This document shows, one piece after another, positions 52,220 through 63,399 of a stretch of 64,000 bases of DNA; within the stretch, counting starts at the first letter, position 1; the number at the start of each line of letters is the position of its first letter. The notes beneath the pieces were generated by a model. The model had not been told where the DNA came from and ran no database searches. It saw only the letters and a list, made by a program, of their open reading frames with translations. The translations under genes were made by a program, and so were the position numbers. Source of the stretch: Mobula hypostoma. Its lineage: Eukaryota. The DNA lies in assembly GCF_963921235.1 (NCBI RefSeq), contig NC_086109.1, positions 7,628,001 to 7,692,000 on the forward strand, read 5' to 3'.

Positions 52220-52680
52220 CTTGTGACTATTTGAGACCAGCTCCAGCTACCGACAGAAGGGGCAAGGGTGGGTTACTGGCACCTTAAAACCAGTCACTTT
52301 GGGCCAAGGGGCTTGTCAGCCATGGTTGGCAGCTCATCTAGGAGAAGGAAAACCAGTCTTAAACCTCCACTGCTTTGTGGCTGTGCCCATTCATGGGGAA
52401 GGCTTTGGGAGTGAACCCCCAGGAAAAATCCAGAGCTGGAGTCCCTAGGACAGTTCTATGTTAAGTTCAACACTGACTGGTAACTCCTGCAACGTCGCTG
52501 GTGCCGAACTGTATCGGTCTCCTCCGTTCCTTTGAATTCGTCAGCTACGTGGGGAGGGGGAGCCTGCTGCACGGGCAACAGCTTTACTCTCCATATCCTA
52601 CTGCCCTGGCTTGTGAATTGATTATGTAAACAGCTAGGACACAGCATCCATGGTCGAGCCCAACCAGTGGAGGGCCTCTC
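52220..52680 (+). mobile_element. Non-autonomous retroposon sharing its 3' module with the SINE at 3461
   Basis: CGTGGGGAGGGGGAGCCTGCTGCACGGGCAACAGC and ATCCATGGTC match 3607-3712. Confidence 0.55.
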
Positions 52681-55570
52681 CTCACATCTTTGTGTGACAT
52701 TGCCTTTTGATTACACAGAAATGTAGATTTGACTAAAAGCACTCAGCCCCTCCAACCCGCCTTTTACAAAGAAGCCATGGCAACGCCTTCTACTTTCATA
52801 GAAGTTTGCACAGATTTGGCATGTCATCTAATTCTCTAATAAACTTTTATCGATGCACAGTGGAGAGTATCCTCACTGGTTGATTCAAGGCCTGGTGTGG
52901 ACTCACCAACGCCTAAGTGTTTTCCCCTGCCCTCTTCTTCAATTCCCCACTCTGGTCTCTTACTGTACCTCTTCTCCTCAACTGCCTATCACATCCTTCT
53001 GCTGCCCCTCCTCCTTCCCTTTCTCTCTCAGTCGACTCTCCTCTCCTGTTAGATTCCTTCTTCCCCAGCCCTTTGCCTTTTCCACTTCTCAACTCCCTGC
53101 TTCTTACTTCATACCCACCTTCCCCAACCACCTGGCTTCACCTATCACCTTCTAGACTGTCCTCACTACCCCCCCCCCCCACCTTCTTATCCTGGCATCT
53201 TCTCCCTTCCTTTCCAGTCCGGATGAAGGGTCTCAGCCCGAAACATAGACAGTTTATTTATTCCCATGGACGATGACTGATCTGCTGAGTTCCACCAGCA
53301 TTTTCTGCGTGTTGCTCAGGACTTCCAGCACCTGCAGTATCTCTTGAGTTTACAGTGCCCAAGTGTTTTCTTTTTGCCTGTGATAGTAAACCTGATTCCG
53401 ATTCTAAATGGAAAATGCTACAATAAATTGTGGACACGGCCCGATCCATCAGCAGTAAAGCCCTACCCACCATTGAGCTCATCTACAAGGACCTCCATCG
53501 CAGGAAAGCGGTGTCAAACATCAGGGACCCCCACCACCCAGGTCATGCCCTCTTCTCGCTGCTGCCTCTGGGGAGGAGGTAGAGGAGCCTCAGGATCCAC
53601 ACCACCACGGTCAGGAACAGCTACTACTCCACAACTGTCAAGCTCCTGAAACAGCATGGATTGCTTCAGTCAGAACTGATTCCACAACCTATGGGTTCAC
53701 TTTCAAGGACTCTGCAACTCAAGTTCTCAGTATTATTTATTTATTTATCTATCTATCTAGCTATTTATTTATTTATTATCATTTGATATTTCCCTAAAAC
53801 TGAGCATAAAGTTGAGTCATTATCCTGTGCATAGGTACATATATACAACATTCACAAGAAACAGATCAAACATTAATTCTTCACAATTTATACAAGAAGG
53901 AACACAAGTAATACATCAACAATAAAAAGTCTATTGTAGTGCAAAGTGGTCAAAGTGTTGCTAAATTCTATTGATTAGGGTTGTAGCACTCAGTTCAAGA
54001 ACCGAATGGTTGAAGGGAAGTACCTGGTGGTGTGGGACTTCAGGCTTGTGTACCTCGAAGTTCAAAGTAAACGTATTATCAAAGTACATATATGTCACCA
54101 AATACAACCCTGAGATTCACTTTCTTGCAGGCATACTCAATAAATCCAATAAACATAATAGAATGTCCAGACCAAGGGTCTCGGCCCGAAGCGTCGACTG
54201 TACCTCTTCCTAGAGATGCTGCCTGACCTGCTGTGTTCACCAGCAACTTAGATGTGTGTTGCTAGAATAAATTAAAGACTGCTCCAACAGGGTGGACCAC
54301 AGTGTGCAAAAGACAACAAATTGTGCAATACAAAATGAAAGAAAAAAAATAACTATAATAATAAAAAATAAGCAATAAATTATGAGAACGTGAGATGAAG
54401 AGTCCTTGAGAGTGAGTCCACTGGTGTGGGAACAGTTCAGTGAGGGGGCAAGAGTGAAGTTATCCCCTTTGGTTCAGGAGCCTGATGGCTGAGGGGTAGT
54501 AACTGCTCCTGAACCTGGTGGCACAAGTCCTGAGGCTCCTGTACCTCCTTCCTCGTGGCACAGGAAGAAGAGAGTAGACCTGGGTGGTGAAGATCCTTGA
54601 TGATGGATTCTACTTTCCTGTAACAACACTCCGTGAAGATGTACTCAATGGTGGGGAGGGTTATACCCATGATGGACAGGGCCGCATCCACTACATTCTG
54701 CAGGATTTTCCATTCAAGGGCATTGATGTCTCCATACCAGACCAAGCAGCCAGTCAATAAACTCTCCACCACACATCTATAGAAGCTTGTCAAAGTTTTA
54801 GATATCATGCCAAATCTTAACAAACCCCTAAGGAAGTAGAGACACTGCTACACTTTCTTTGTAATTGCGCTTACATGCTGGGGCCAGGACAGGCTGTTTG
54901 GTGACAAACTAAATGTCCTTAACCTCCTAAAAGTGTAAAGATACTGATGTGCTACCCTTGTGATTACGTCTATGTGCTGGGCCCAAGGACAGATCACTCG
55001 ATAAGTTAACACCCAGGAACTGAAAGCTACTGACTCTTTTCACCAACTGATCTCCAAATGTAGGGTGGCGAATGCTCACCCTTCTTCCTCAACTCTCCAA
55101 GGATTGTGAATCTTCGGTTCCTTGCTGGTACAAGGAGCTGAGGAAACAAAAACATTGGATGTACTCAAGGTTACAATAAACAGATTATTGGAATATGAAA
55201 AAAAATCAAAGGTTCTGGTTGGAGTACAGATAGGAGACTGGACTTGAGGTCTAGATCATCCATAATCTTAGTGGCAGGTATTTTGGGCTAGCATGGTAAC
55301 ATAGTGGTTAGTATCAAGCTTTACAGTCCCAGCTGTACAAATTGGGTTCAATTCATGCTGCTGTCTGCAAGGAGTTTGCATGTTCTCCTCATGATCATGT
55401 GGGTTTCCTCTGGGTGCTCCAGTTTCCTCCCACATTCCAAAAGATGTGTGGGTTAGGGTTAGAGAGTTGTTGGCATACTAGATTGGCACCGGAAGTGCGG
55501 TGACACTTGCAAGATGCCCCCAGCACAATGCAATTTCATTTGATTTGATGCAAATGACACTGTTTCGATG

Positions 55571-55643
55571 TACAGTATTGTGCAAAAGTCTTAGACACAC
55601 ATATATATAGCTAGGGTCCCAAAGAGTTTTGCGCAGTACTGTA
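55571..55643. mobile_element. Tc1-type mini-MITE
   Basis: TA-CAGTATTGTGCAAAAGTCTT...AAGAGTTTTGCGCAGTACTG-TA inverted repeats; a lone matching end lies at about 3050-3072. Confidence 0.75.
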
Positions 55644-58600
55644 GTAATTTTATGTATTGGACTGTATTGCTGCTGGAAAAAAAAAACAGACTTCATGATA
55701 TATGTGAGTGATGATAAACCTGATTCTGATCTGGGTCTCTATTGTGGACTGAAAGTGGGAAGGGGACAGGGAGAGGGGAATCATGGTTGGGAAAAGGGGA
55801 AGGGTGAGGGGAGGGAATGGGAAGCACCAGAGAGACATTCTATAATGATCAACAAACCAATTGTTTGGAATCAAATGACCTTGCTTGGTCTCTCGGGGCT
55901 GGCTGTGTCTGCACCCACGCCAACCCTACCATCCCTGGCACTCCTTCTCTACCACCTGTCCCACACCTCACCCGCCATGCTCCACCCTCGCCATTCCCAG
56001 CACACATTGCTCCCACCAAATTTACAAACTCACTCTCCGCTCCATATTGACGAATACAGTACTGTACATGTGACAAATAGAGCTAATCTTTCTTCCTTGC
56101 ATTCTTCAGTTTGAAAACCTTTATTTTTTAAATATGTTTATAGTATTTATTGGTCTAAGGCAGCAAGAGTGAGTGTTGTAAGACTGTTTTTGATTTTCAA
56201 GCGGTCGCTTTTCCTTCACCCTGTTATAACTCTCCTTCTCCCCTTCCTCCTCCTACTCCTCCCACCAATCTCTCCTCCCCCATTCTTTTCTCTTCACTGG
56301 ATCAGCCTTTCAGTTGCGCTAACTCTGTGTGGGAGCAGGTAGTATACATCCCCGGAGGGCTAGTGGGCGGGCTACATCAGCTGGCTGTTGTCAGTATTTT
56401 ACCTCCAGTTGAGCAGAACGTGGGCAGAACCATCATGAACTAAATGGAACCACAATGTTATGTCATCAAAAATGATCAATACCATTTTATTTAAGAAATT
56501 GCTTCCCCCCACCCCCAATTACTTCTTTCTCCTGTTTCTTGCTGATTTTGAGAACTCAGCTCATTGGCCACTCGGTTTTTTGTGTCTGGCTGATGCTTGA
56601 ACTGACAGGTGCCGCAAGATCAGAAGGTCTTTCATCACATTAAAGAGCTTTAAGGCACCTCTGGCTAATTTGTCCCATCAATTCCATCCCATTCCCTGTG
56701 CTCTCACCTTTATCTTCCTTCCCAGTCCATAACTTACTTACTGCCTGTCACACCACTGGCAGCCGTGAGAGTCTGCCATCCCTGTCTGTCACACAGATAA
56801 AGGATCACTCATTGCTGTTTCCGTAACAATTTTGTTTTACCATTCAGGGTTGTTAGCCCTCAGCTGAATCTGGAGGACCAATAGACCACTCTTAGTGGGG
56901 CCTCTACCCTTTGATCTGTCTGGCATGGATGACCCTACTAGCAGGAGCCAAGGCAGAAGGCCCTATCTCCAGTCAACATAGCACTGCAGGTCATTGAAGC
57001 ACTCAAGCCTCCAAATCATGACAAGGTTGTGGTCCTCTTGGAGGTCAGACCATGGTTGCTAGGCTACTTTTCCATTATTTCCAGCAGGGTTTTATTGATT
57101 TTCATCCACTTAATCTGCAGGTTCTGGTGAAAGAGCTTGGAGCTTGTGAAGTCAGGGTAGATAACAATGGTACCAGCTGGTTTATGGTCCCGGTCCTCAA
57201 GACCATAAGAAAACATTATTGGGATCTTTCTCCCCTCCCACTGAGAATATATCAGATGCACTGCAGACCTTCAACGTTGTCAAAGACCCCATCCATCTTC
57301 CCCATAATCTCTTTGACCTGCCGTCAGGCTGAAGATACCGCAGTACAAGAACCAGAACTGTCAGGCTGGGTGACAGTTTCTTCCCCCAGGTTTGAGACTT
57401 ACGAACACTGTCCTGCCACTCAGCACACATATACACCCTGTCTGAATATCCTACTCCCTCCCCACCATTACCTAGCAGACACAGACATAGACTTCATGTC
57501 AACCTGTCAGCCTTCCGGCTGTTCCACTCAGGGACTTGTGATTATACAATTTTGAGACTGTATATACCGTGTTTGGCACCTTGATCACAGAGGAGCAAAG
57601 TTGCATTTAGCTATGCATCTGTGTTTGTTTTAATGAAAATAAACTTGAACAAAAGATACAAGAACAGAATTAACTGATCCAGGCCATCAGATCTGCTCCA
57701 CCATTCAAACAAGGCTAATTTTCTTTCAACCCTATTCCTCCACTTCACTGTAATCGTTAGCCCCCCCCCTTACCATTTGAGAACATATGGATCACTACCT
57801 AAAACATATTCAATCACTTGCCCTCCACAGCCCTGTGTGGCAACAGATTCACCATCCTTTAGCTGAAGGAATTCTCCCTCATCTCAGTTCTAAAGGGACT
57901 TCATGCTATTCTGAAGCTGTGCCCTTTGGTCCTAAGTTTTCCTCCTAAAGGAACAGTCTTTTCCACATCCACTCTATCCAGGGCTTTCAATATCCAGTTG
58001 ATTTCAATGAGATCCCTTCACCCTCCCCATCCACTCAACCTCACTCCTCACACATTCCTGAATAATTCTTGTGAACCTCCTCTGGAGCCTCTCCATGACC
58101 AGCTCATCTTTGCTTAAATACAGTCAACGGGATTCTATATTAGCCATCATCTCCAAGAGGAATTTCAGATCCTAATAATACTCAGGAATGGAACATCAAC
58201 TCTTTGGGTCTGTTGTGTTCACTTGCCTATAACTACTGATGGGACCCAAACCAGACAGTAGAACAAGCTGAAATTCAAAATAACCCTTTTTCAGTAAAAT
58301 TACACCAGTCTCAAAGGTCACGCTCCCCAGTATGACCACTTAAATAGTTCACTTACTTGTTGTCCATTACACTATTGGCACTTAGGTAAACAATTAAAGT
58401 TCTCCATCTCTGATACAGTTGCACACAGATATAAAGGATTCCTCATTGCTGTTTCCATAACAACCTTTTTGACCAGTCAGGGTTGTTAGCCCTGAACTGA
58501 ACTCCCAAACCTGGAGGACCAGTGGACCACTCTTAGTCTGGCCTCTGACCTTTGACCTCTTTGGCACAGGTGACCCTACCAAGAGCCAAAGGACAAAGCC

Positions 58601-58724
58601 CTGACTCCGGCCAACACAGCTCTCTGGGTCATTGAGGCACACAAGCCTCCAAACCCTATGAGAAGGTCCTCTTGGGAGATTTAAATGGTTTACCCCAGAA
58701 CAATTGAGTTCTTTATTGAGACAA

Positions 58725-60850
58725 CATAGAAACCATAGAACCATAGAAACTACAGCACAGAAACAGGCCCTTTGGCCCTTCTTGGCTGTGCCGAACCATT
58801 TTCTGCCTAGTCCCACTGACCTGCACACGGACCATATCCCTCAATACACCTCCCATCCATGTATCTGTCCAATTTATTCTTAAATGTTAAAAAAAACCCG
58901 CATTTACCACCTCGGCTGGCAGCTCATTCCATACTCCCACCACTCTCTGTGTGAAGAAGCCCCCCCTAATGTTCCCTTTAAACTTTTCCCCCCTCACCCT
59001 TAACCCATGTCCTCTGGTTTTTTTCTCCCCTTGCCTCAGTGGAAAAAGCCTGCTTGCATTCACTCTATCTATACCCATCATAATTTTATATACCTCTATC
59101 AAATCTCCCCTCATTCTTCTACGCTCCAGGGAATAAAGTCCTAACCTATTCAACCTTTCTCTGTAACTGAGTTTCTCAAGTCCCGGCAACATCCTTGTAA
59201 ACCTTCTCTGCACTCTTTCAAACTTATTTATATCCTTCCTGTAATTTGGTGACCAAAACTGAACACAATACTCCAGATTCGGCCTCACCAATGCCTTATA
59301 CAACCTCATCATAACATTCCAGCTCTTATACTCAATACTTTGATTAATAAAGGCCAATGTACCAAAAGCTCTCTTTACGACCCTATCTACCTGTGATGAC
59401 ACTTTTAGGGAATTTTGTATCTGTATTCCCAGATCCCTCTGTTCCACTGCACTCCTCAGTGCCTTACCATTAACCCTGTATGTTCTACGTTGGTTTGTCC
59501 TTCCAACGTGCAATACCTCACACTTGTCAGTATTAAACTCCATCTGCCATTTTTCAGCCCATTTTTCCAGCTGATCCAAGACCCTCTGCAGGCTCTGAAA
59601 ACCTTCCTCACTGTCTACTACACCTCCAATCTTGGTATCATCAGCAAACTTGCTGATCCAATTTACATTATCATCCAGATCATTGATATAGATGACAAAT
59701 AACAATGAACCCAGCACTGATCCCTGTGGCGCACCACTAGTCACAGGCCTCCACTCAGAGAAGCAATTCTCTATCACCACTCTCTGGCTTCTTCCATCGA
59801 GCCAATGTCTAATCCAATTTACCACCTCTCCATGTATACCTAGCGACTGAATTTTCCTAACTAACCTCCCATGCGGGACCTTGTCAAAGGCCTTACTGAA
59901 GTCCATATAGACAATATCCACTGCCTTCCCTTCATCCACTTTCCTGGTAACCTCCTCGAAAAACTCCAACAGATTGGTCAAACATGACCTACCACGCACA
60001 AAGCCATGTTGACTCTCCCTAATAAGCCCCTGTCTATCCAAATGCTTGTAGATTCTGTCTCTTAGTACTCCCTCCAATAATTTACCTACTACTGACGTTA
60101 AACTCACCGGCCTATAATTTCCCGGATTACTTTTCGATCCTTTTTTAAACAACGGAACAACATGAGCCACTCTCCAATCCTCCGGCACTTCACCCGTAGA
60201 CAGCGACATTTTAAATATTTCTGCCAGGGCCCCCGCAATTTCAACACTAGTCTCCTTCAAGGTCCGAGGGAACACTCTGTCAAGTCCCGGGGATTTATCC
60301 ACTTTAATTTTCCTCAAGACAGCAAGCACCTCCTCCTTTTCAATCTGTACAGTTTCCATGGTCTCACTACTTGATTCCCTCAATTCCATAGATTTCATCC
60401 CAGCTTCCTTAGTAAATACAGATGCAAAAAACCTATTTAAGATCTCCCCCATTTCCTTTGGTTCCGCACAAAGCCAACAACTCTGATCTTCAAGAGGACC
60501 AATTTTATCCCTTACAATCCTTTTGCTCTTAATATACTTGTAAAAGCTCTTTGGATTATCCTTCACTTTGACTGCCAAGGCAACCTCATGTCTTCTTTTT
60601 GCCCTCCTGATTTCTTTCTTAAGTATTTTCTTGCACTTCTCAAGCACCTGATTTACCCCCTGTTTCCTATACATTTCATACAACTCCCTCTTCTTCTTTA
60701 TCAGAGTTGCAATATCCCTTGAGAACCAAGGTTCCTTATTCCTATTCAATTTGCCTTTAATCCTGACAGGAACATACAAACTCTGCACTCTCAAAATTTC
60801 CCCTTTGAAGGCTTCCCACCTACCAATCACATCTTTGCCAGAGAACAACA
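58725..60850 (-). mobile_element. 5'-truncated young CR1 LINE
   Basis: Uninterrupted RT frame, 3'UTR and (TTTCTATGG)-type tail, seen as CATAGAAAC repeats at 58725-58750. Confidence 0.95.
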
Positions 60851-60851
60851 A
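58887..60851 (-). CDS. CR1 ORF2 reverse transcriptase region, 654 aa open frame (no endonuclease, not a true start)
   Basis: NYRPVSLTS, QHGFVRGRSCLTNL, YMDFSKAFDKV, GAPQGSVLG, FADDTK, LEYCVQFWSP; premature stop from a 1-nt slip in a T-run near 58890. Confidence 0.9.
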   Translation of the reverse strand: MLFSGKDVIGRWEAFKGEILRVQSLYVPVRIKGKLNRNKEPWFSRDIATLIKKKRELYEMYRKQGVNQVLEKCKKILKKEIRRAKRRHEVALAVKVKDNPKSFYKYIKSKRIVRDKIGPLEDQSCWLCAEPKEMGEILNRFFASVFTKEAGMKSMELRESSSETMETVQIEKEEVLAVLRKIKVDKSPGLDRVFPRTLKETSVEIAGALAEIFKMSLSTGEVPEDWRVAHVVPLFKKGSKSNPGNYRPVSLTSVVGKLLEGVLRDRIYKHLDRQGLIRESQHGFVRGRSCLTNLLEFFEEVTRKVDEGKAVDIVYMDFSKAFDKVPHGRLVRKIQSLGIHGEVVNWIRHWLDGRSQRVVIENCFSEWRPVTSGAPQGSVLGSLLFVIYINDLDDNVNWISKFADDTKIGGVVDSEEGFQSLQRVLDQLEKWAEKWQMEFNTDKCEVLHVGRTNQRRTYRVNGKALRSAVEQRDLGIQIQNSLKVSSQVDRVVKRAFGTLAFINQSIEYKSWNVMMRLYKALVRPNLEYCVQFWSPNYRKDINKFERVQRRFTRMLPGLEKLSYRERLNRLGLYSLERRRMRGDLIEVYKIMMGIDRVNASRLFPLRQGEKKTRGHGLRVRGEKFKGNIRGGFFTQRVVGVWNELPAEVVNAGFF

Positions 60852-61936
60852 CCAGTTAGTGAAAAGTCAGCCTGAGACTGGCTTCAGCTGATCGCTAGGT
60901 GATGATGGTTTTGGCTCACATCGTGACAAGGTCGAGATCTCTTATCTGGACCCTCATTTCCATACGTACTGCCTGACTCTCCAACGTCTCCTTTGCTTTT
61001 TTGCTCTAGATTTCAGCATCTGCACTCTCAAGGTAGTTTGTACAGGCCTTTGCTATAGAACATTCTACACACAGCTGAAAACCATGGACTGCAGGAACTC
61101 ATGGAAAACTCCAGTTACCAGTGCTGTGCCACTGAGCAAGCAGAGGGAGCTACGAGCCTTCTCCCGGTGTATCAAAAGATGTGGCTGGTGAGATAAGTTA
61201 TTGCTTTAGTTTTAATTCTCCAAAATCCGCTACATTCAAAGAAAGTTTTAATAAATCAGAAATTTCGAGATGTAAATCCTTTATTTTTTTTAAAAAAAGG
61301 AGGCAGCTAGAAAGCAGGAAACTGCATGCCAATTAGTTTAATATCTGTCATAGGAAAAGCGTTTCAGGCTATTATTAAATATGTCAGACCGGCACACTTA
61401 AAATGCAAAGTTCAGGCAAGGTCAGTGTGGTTTTAACATCTGCAGATGCTGGAAATCCCAGCAACACACACTAAATGCTGGAGGAATTCAGCAGGCCAGG
61501 CAGTTCCATGGAAAAGGGTAAACAGTCGATGTTTTGGGCCAATCCTACCATATTTCTTAATGACATAAAAAATACAGTGATCCAAACTCTGTCACAAGAA
61601 GAGGTTTCTGGAAGATCAGTTAAGCAGATTCAAGGGTGTGTTTGAAACCTCTCTGAAGAAAATGCAACATTCACAGTGATACGGGAATGTCTGACGATGG
61701 CTGATTTGACTGGAGAAGGAGTATTCAGGTGCTGAAAACCTCAATGTTGGTGTGGCTGCATTTGGAATATCCTGTTTAAATTTGTTCACCATTATCAAGT
61801 TCAAGTTCAACTGCAAGTTTAATTGTCGTTCAACCATACATGAATACCCATGAATACAGGCACCTGAAATGGCGTTCCTCTGAAGCCAAGGTGCAAGACA
61901 CAGTTTCAACAGTCATACATAGCACAAAGTATATAT

Positions 61937-62296
61937 TGTTTGTTTGTTAAGTGCCATGTTTTAATGACATAGGTGACCATGGTTGCTCTTGGCAAGTTTT
62001 TCTGCAGAAGTGGTTTGCCATTGCCTTCTGGGCAGTGTCTTTACAAGACGGGTGACCCCGGCCATTATCAATACTCTTCAGAGATTGTCTGCCTGGCGTC
62101 AGTGGTCGCATAACCAGGACTTGTGATCTGCACCGGCTGCTCATACGACCGTCCACCACCTGCCCCCATGGCTTCACATGACCCTGATCAGGGGCTAAGC
62201 AGGTGCTACACCTTGCCCAAGGGTGACCTGCAGGCTAGCGGAGGGAAGGAGCACCTTACAGCTACTTTGGTAGAGACGTATCGCCACCGCGCCACC
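61937..62296 (-). mobile_element. Non-autonomous RTE/BovB-related retroposon
   Basis: Minus strand has GAAGGCAATGGCAAACCACTTCTG...TTGCCAAGA (Bov-A-like motif) and an (AAAC)n tail. Confidence 0.6.
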
Positions 62297-63399
62297 TGAA
62301 AAGCACATATAATTACGATAGCAGTAAACGGACAATCACACAGAAAAAAAATAGTAATCTCGCCCGGTCCCTGAGTGTCATGTCCTGTAGGTTGATGGTG
62401 CATGGGATGTTGTTGGGAAGAACGAGCATGCAGCATGCTGATCATCTCACGTTGGTGCGGCCCCAGACGAAAGCACCGAGTCTTCAACAGAGCAAACACT
62501 GAAGGGCAGCACCAACAGGAGGGGTCAGCCCCCCACTCAGCAGACAGCATTAAGCTGGAAAGAGTGCAGAAGAGGGTATTGCCCGGACTTGAGAGACTCA
62601 GTTACCTGGAGAAGTTGAGCAGGTTGAAACTTTATTCATTGGACTGAGGGGTGATATTACAGAAGTGTACAAAATCATGTGGGGCATAGATAGGTATTAG
62701 AAATTGGAACTGAAATTGGTTTGCCTTTGTTACTTATACCAAGATACATCTGTACTCCTTGCAATCAACACCGATATTCTATTCACTGTTGCAGACTCAC
62801 AGAGCTGTAAAGCACAGTACCTAAAGCTTGTTTTGTTCTTGTATACTGTCCATACAGATCAGATCACTGCACTGTGCATTGAGGTAGAACAAGGTGAAGC
62901 AATAACAACATAGAATAAAGGGTAAAGTCTGTGGTGTCTTATGGTCTTATCCACAGAGAAAATGCTCTGCAGGCAGATAATAAGGTGCAGGGTCATAATG
63001 AGACCATAAGACAGAGGAGAGGAGAGGAATTAGAGAATTCTGATCATCAAGACTGCTTCAACATTCAATCATGGCTGATTTATGATTCCTCTCAACCCCA
63101 TTCTAAGGCCTTCTCCCCATAACCTTTAATGCCCCAACTGATCAAAAACCTATCAACCTCTGCTTTAAGTACACCCAATAACCCGACCTCCAATGAATTC
63201 CACAGATTCACCACACTCTGGCTGAAGAAATTCCTCCTTATCTCTGTTCTAAATGGATGCCCCTCTATTCTAAGGCAGTGCTCGCTGGTCCTAGACTTAC
63301 CCATTATAGGAAACATCCTCTCCATATCCACTCTACCTGAGCCTTTCAATATTCAATAGGTTTCAATGAGATCCCCCATCATTTTTCTAATCTCCACCG

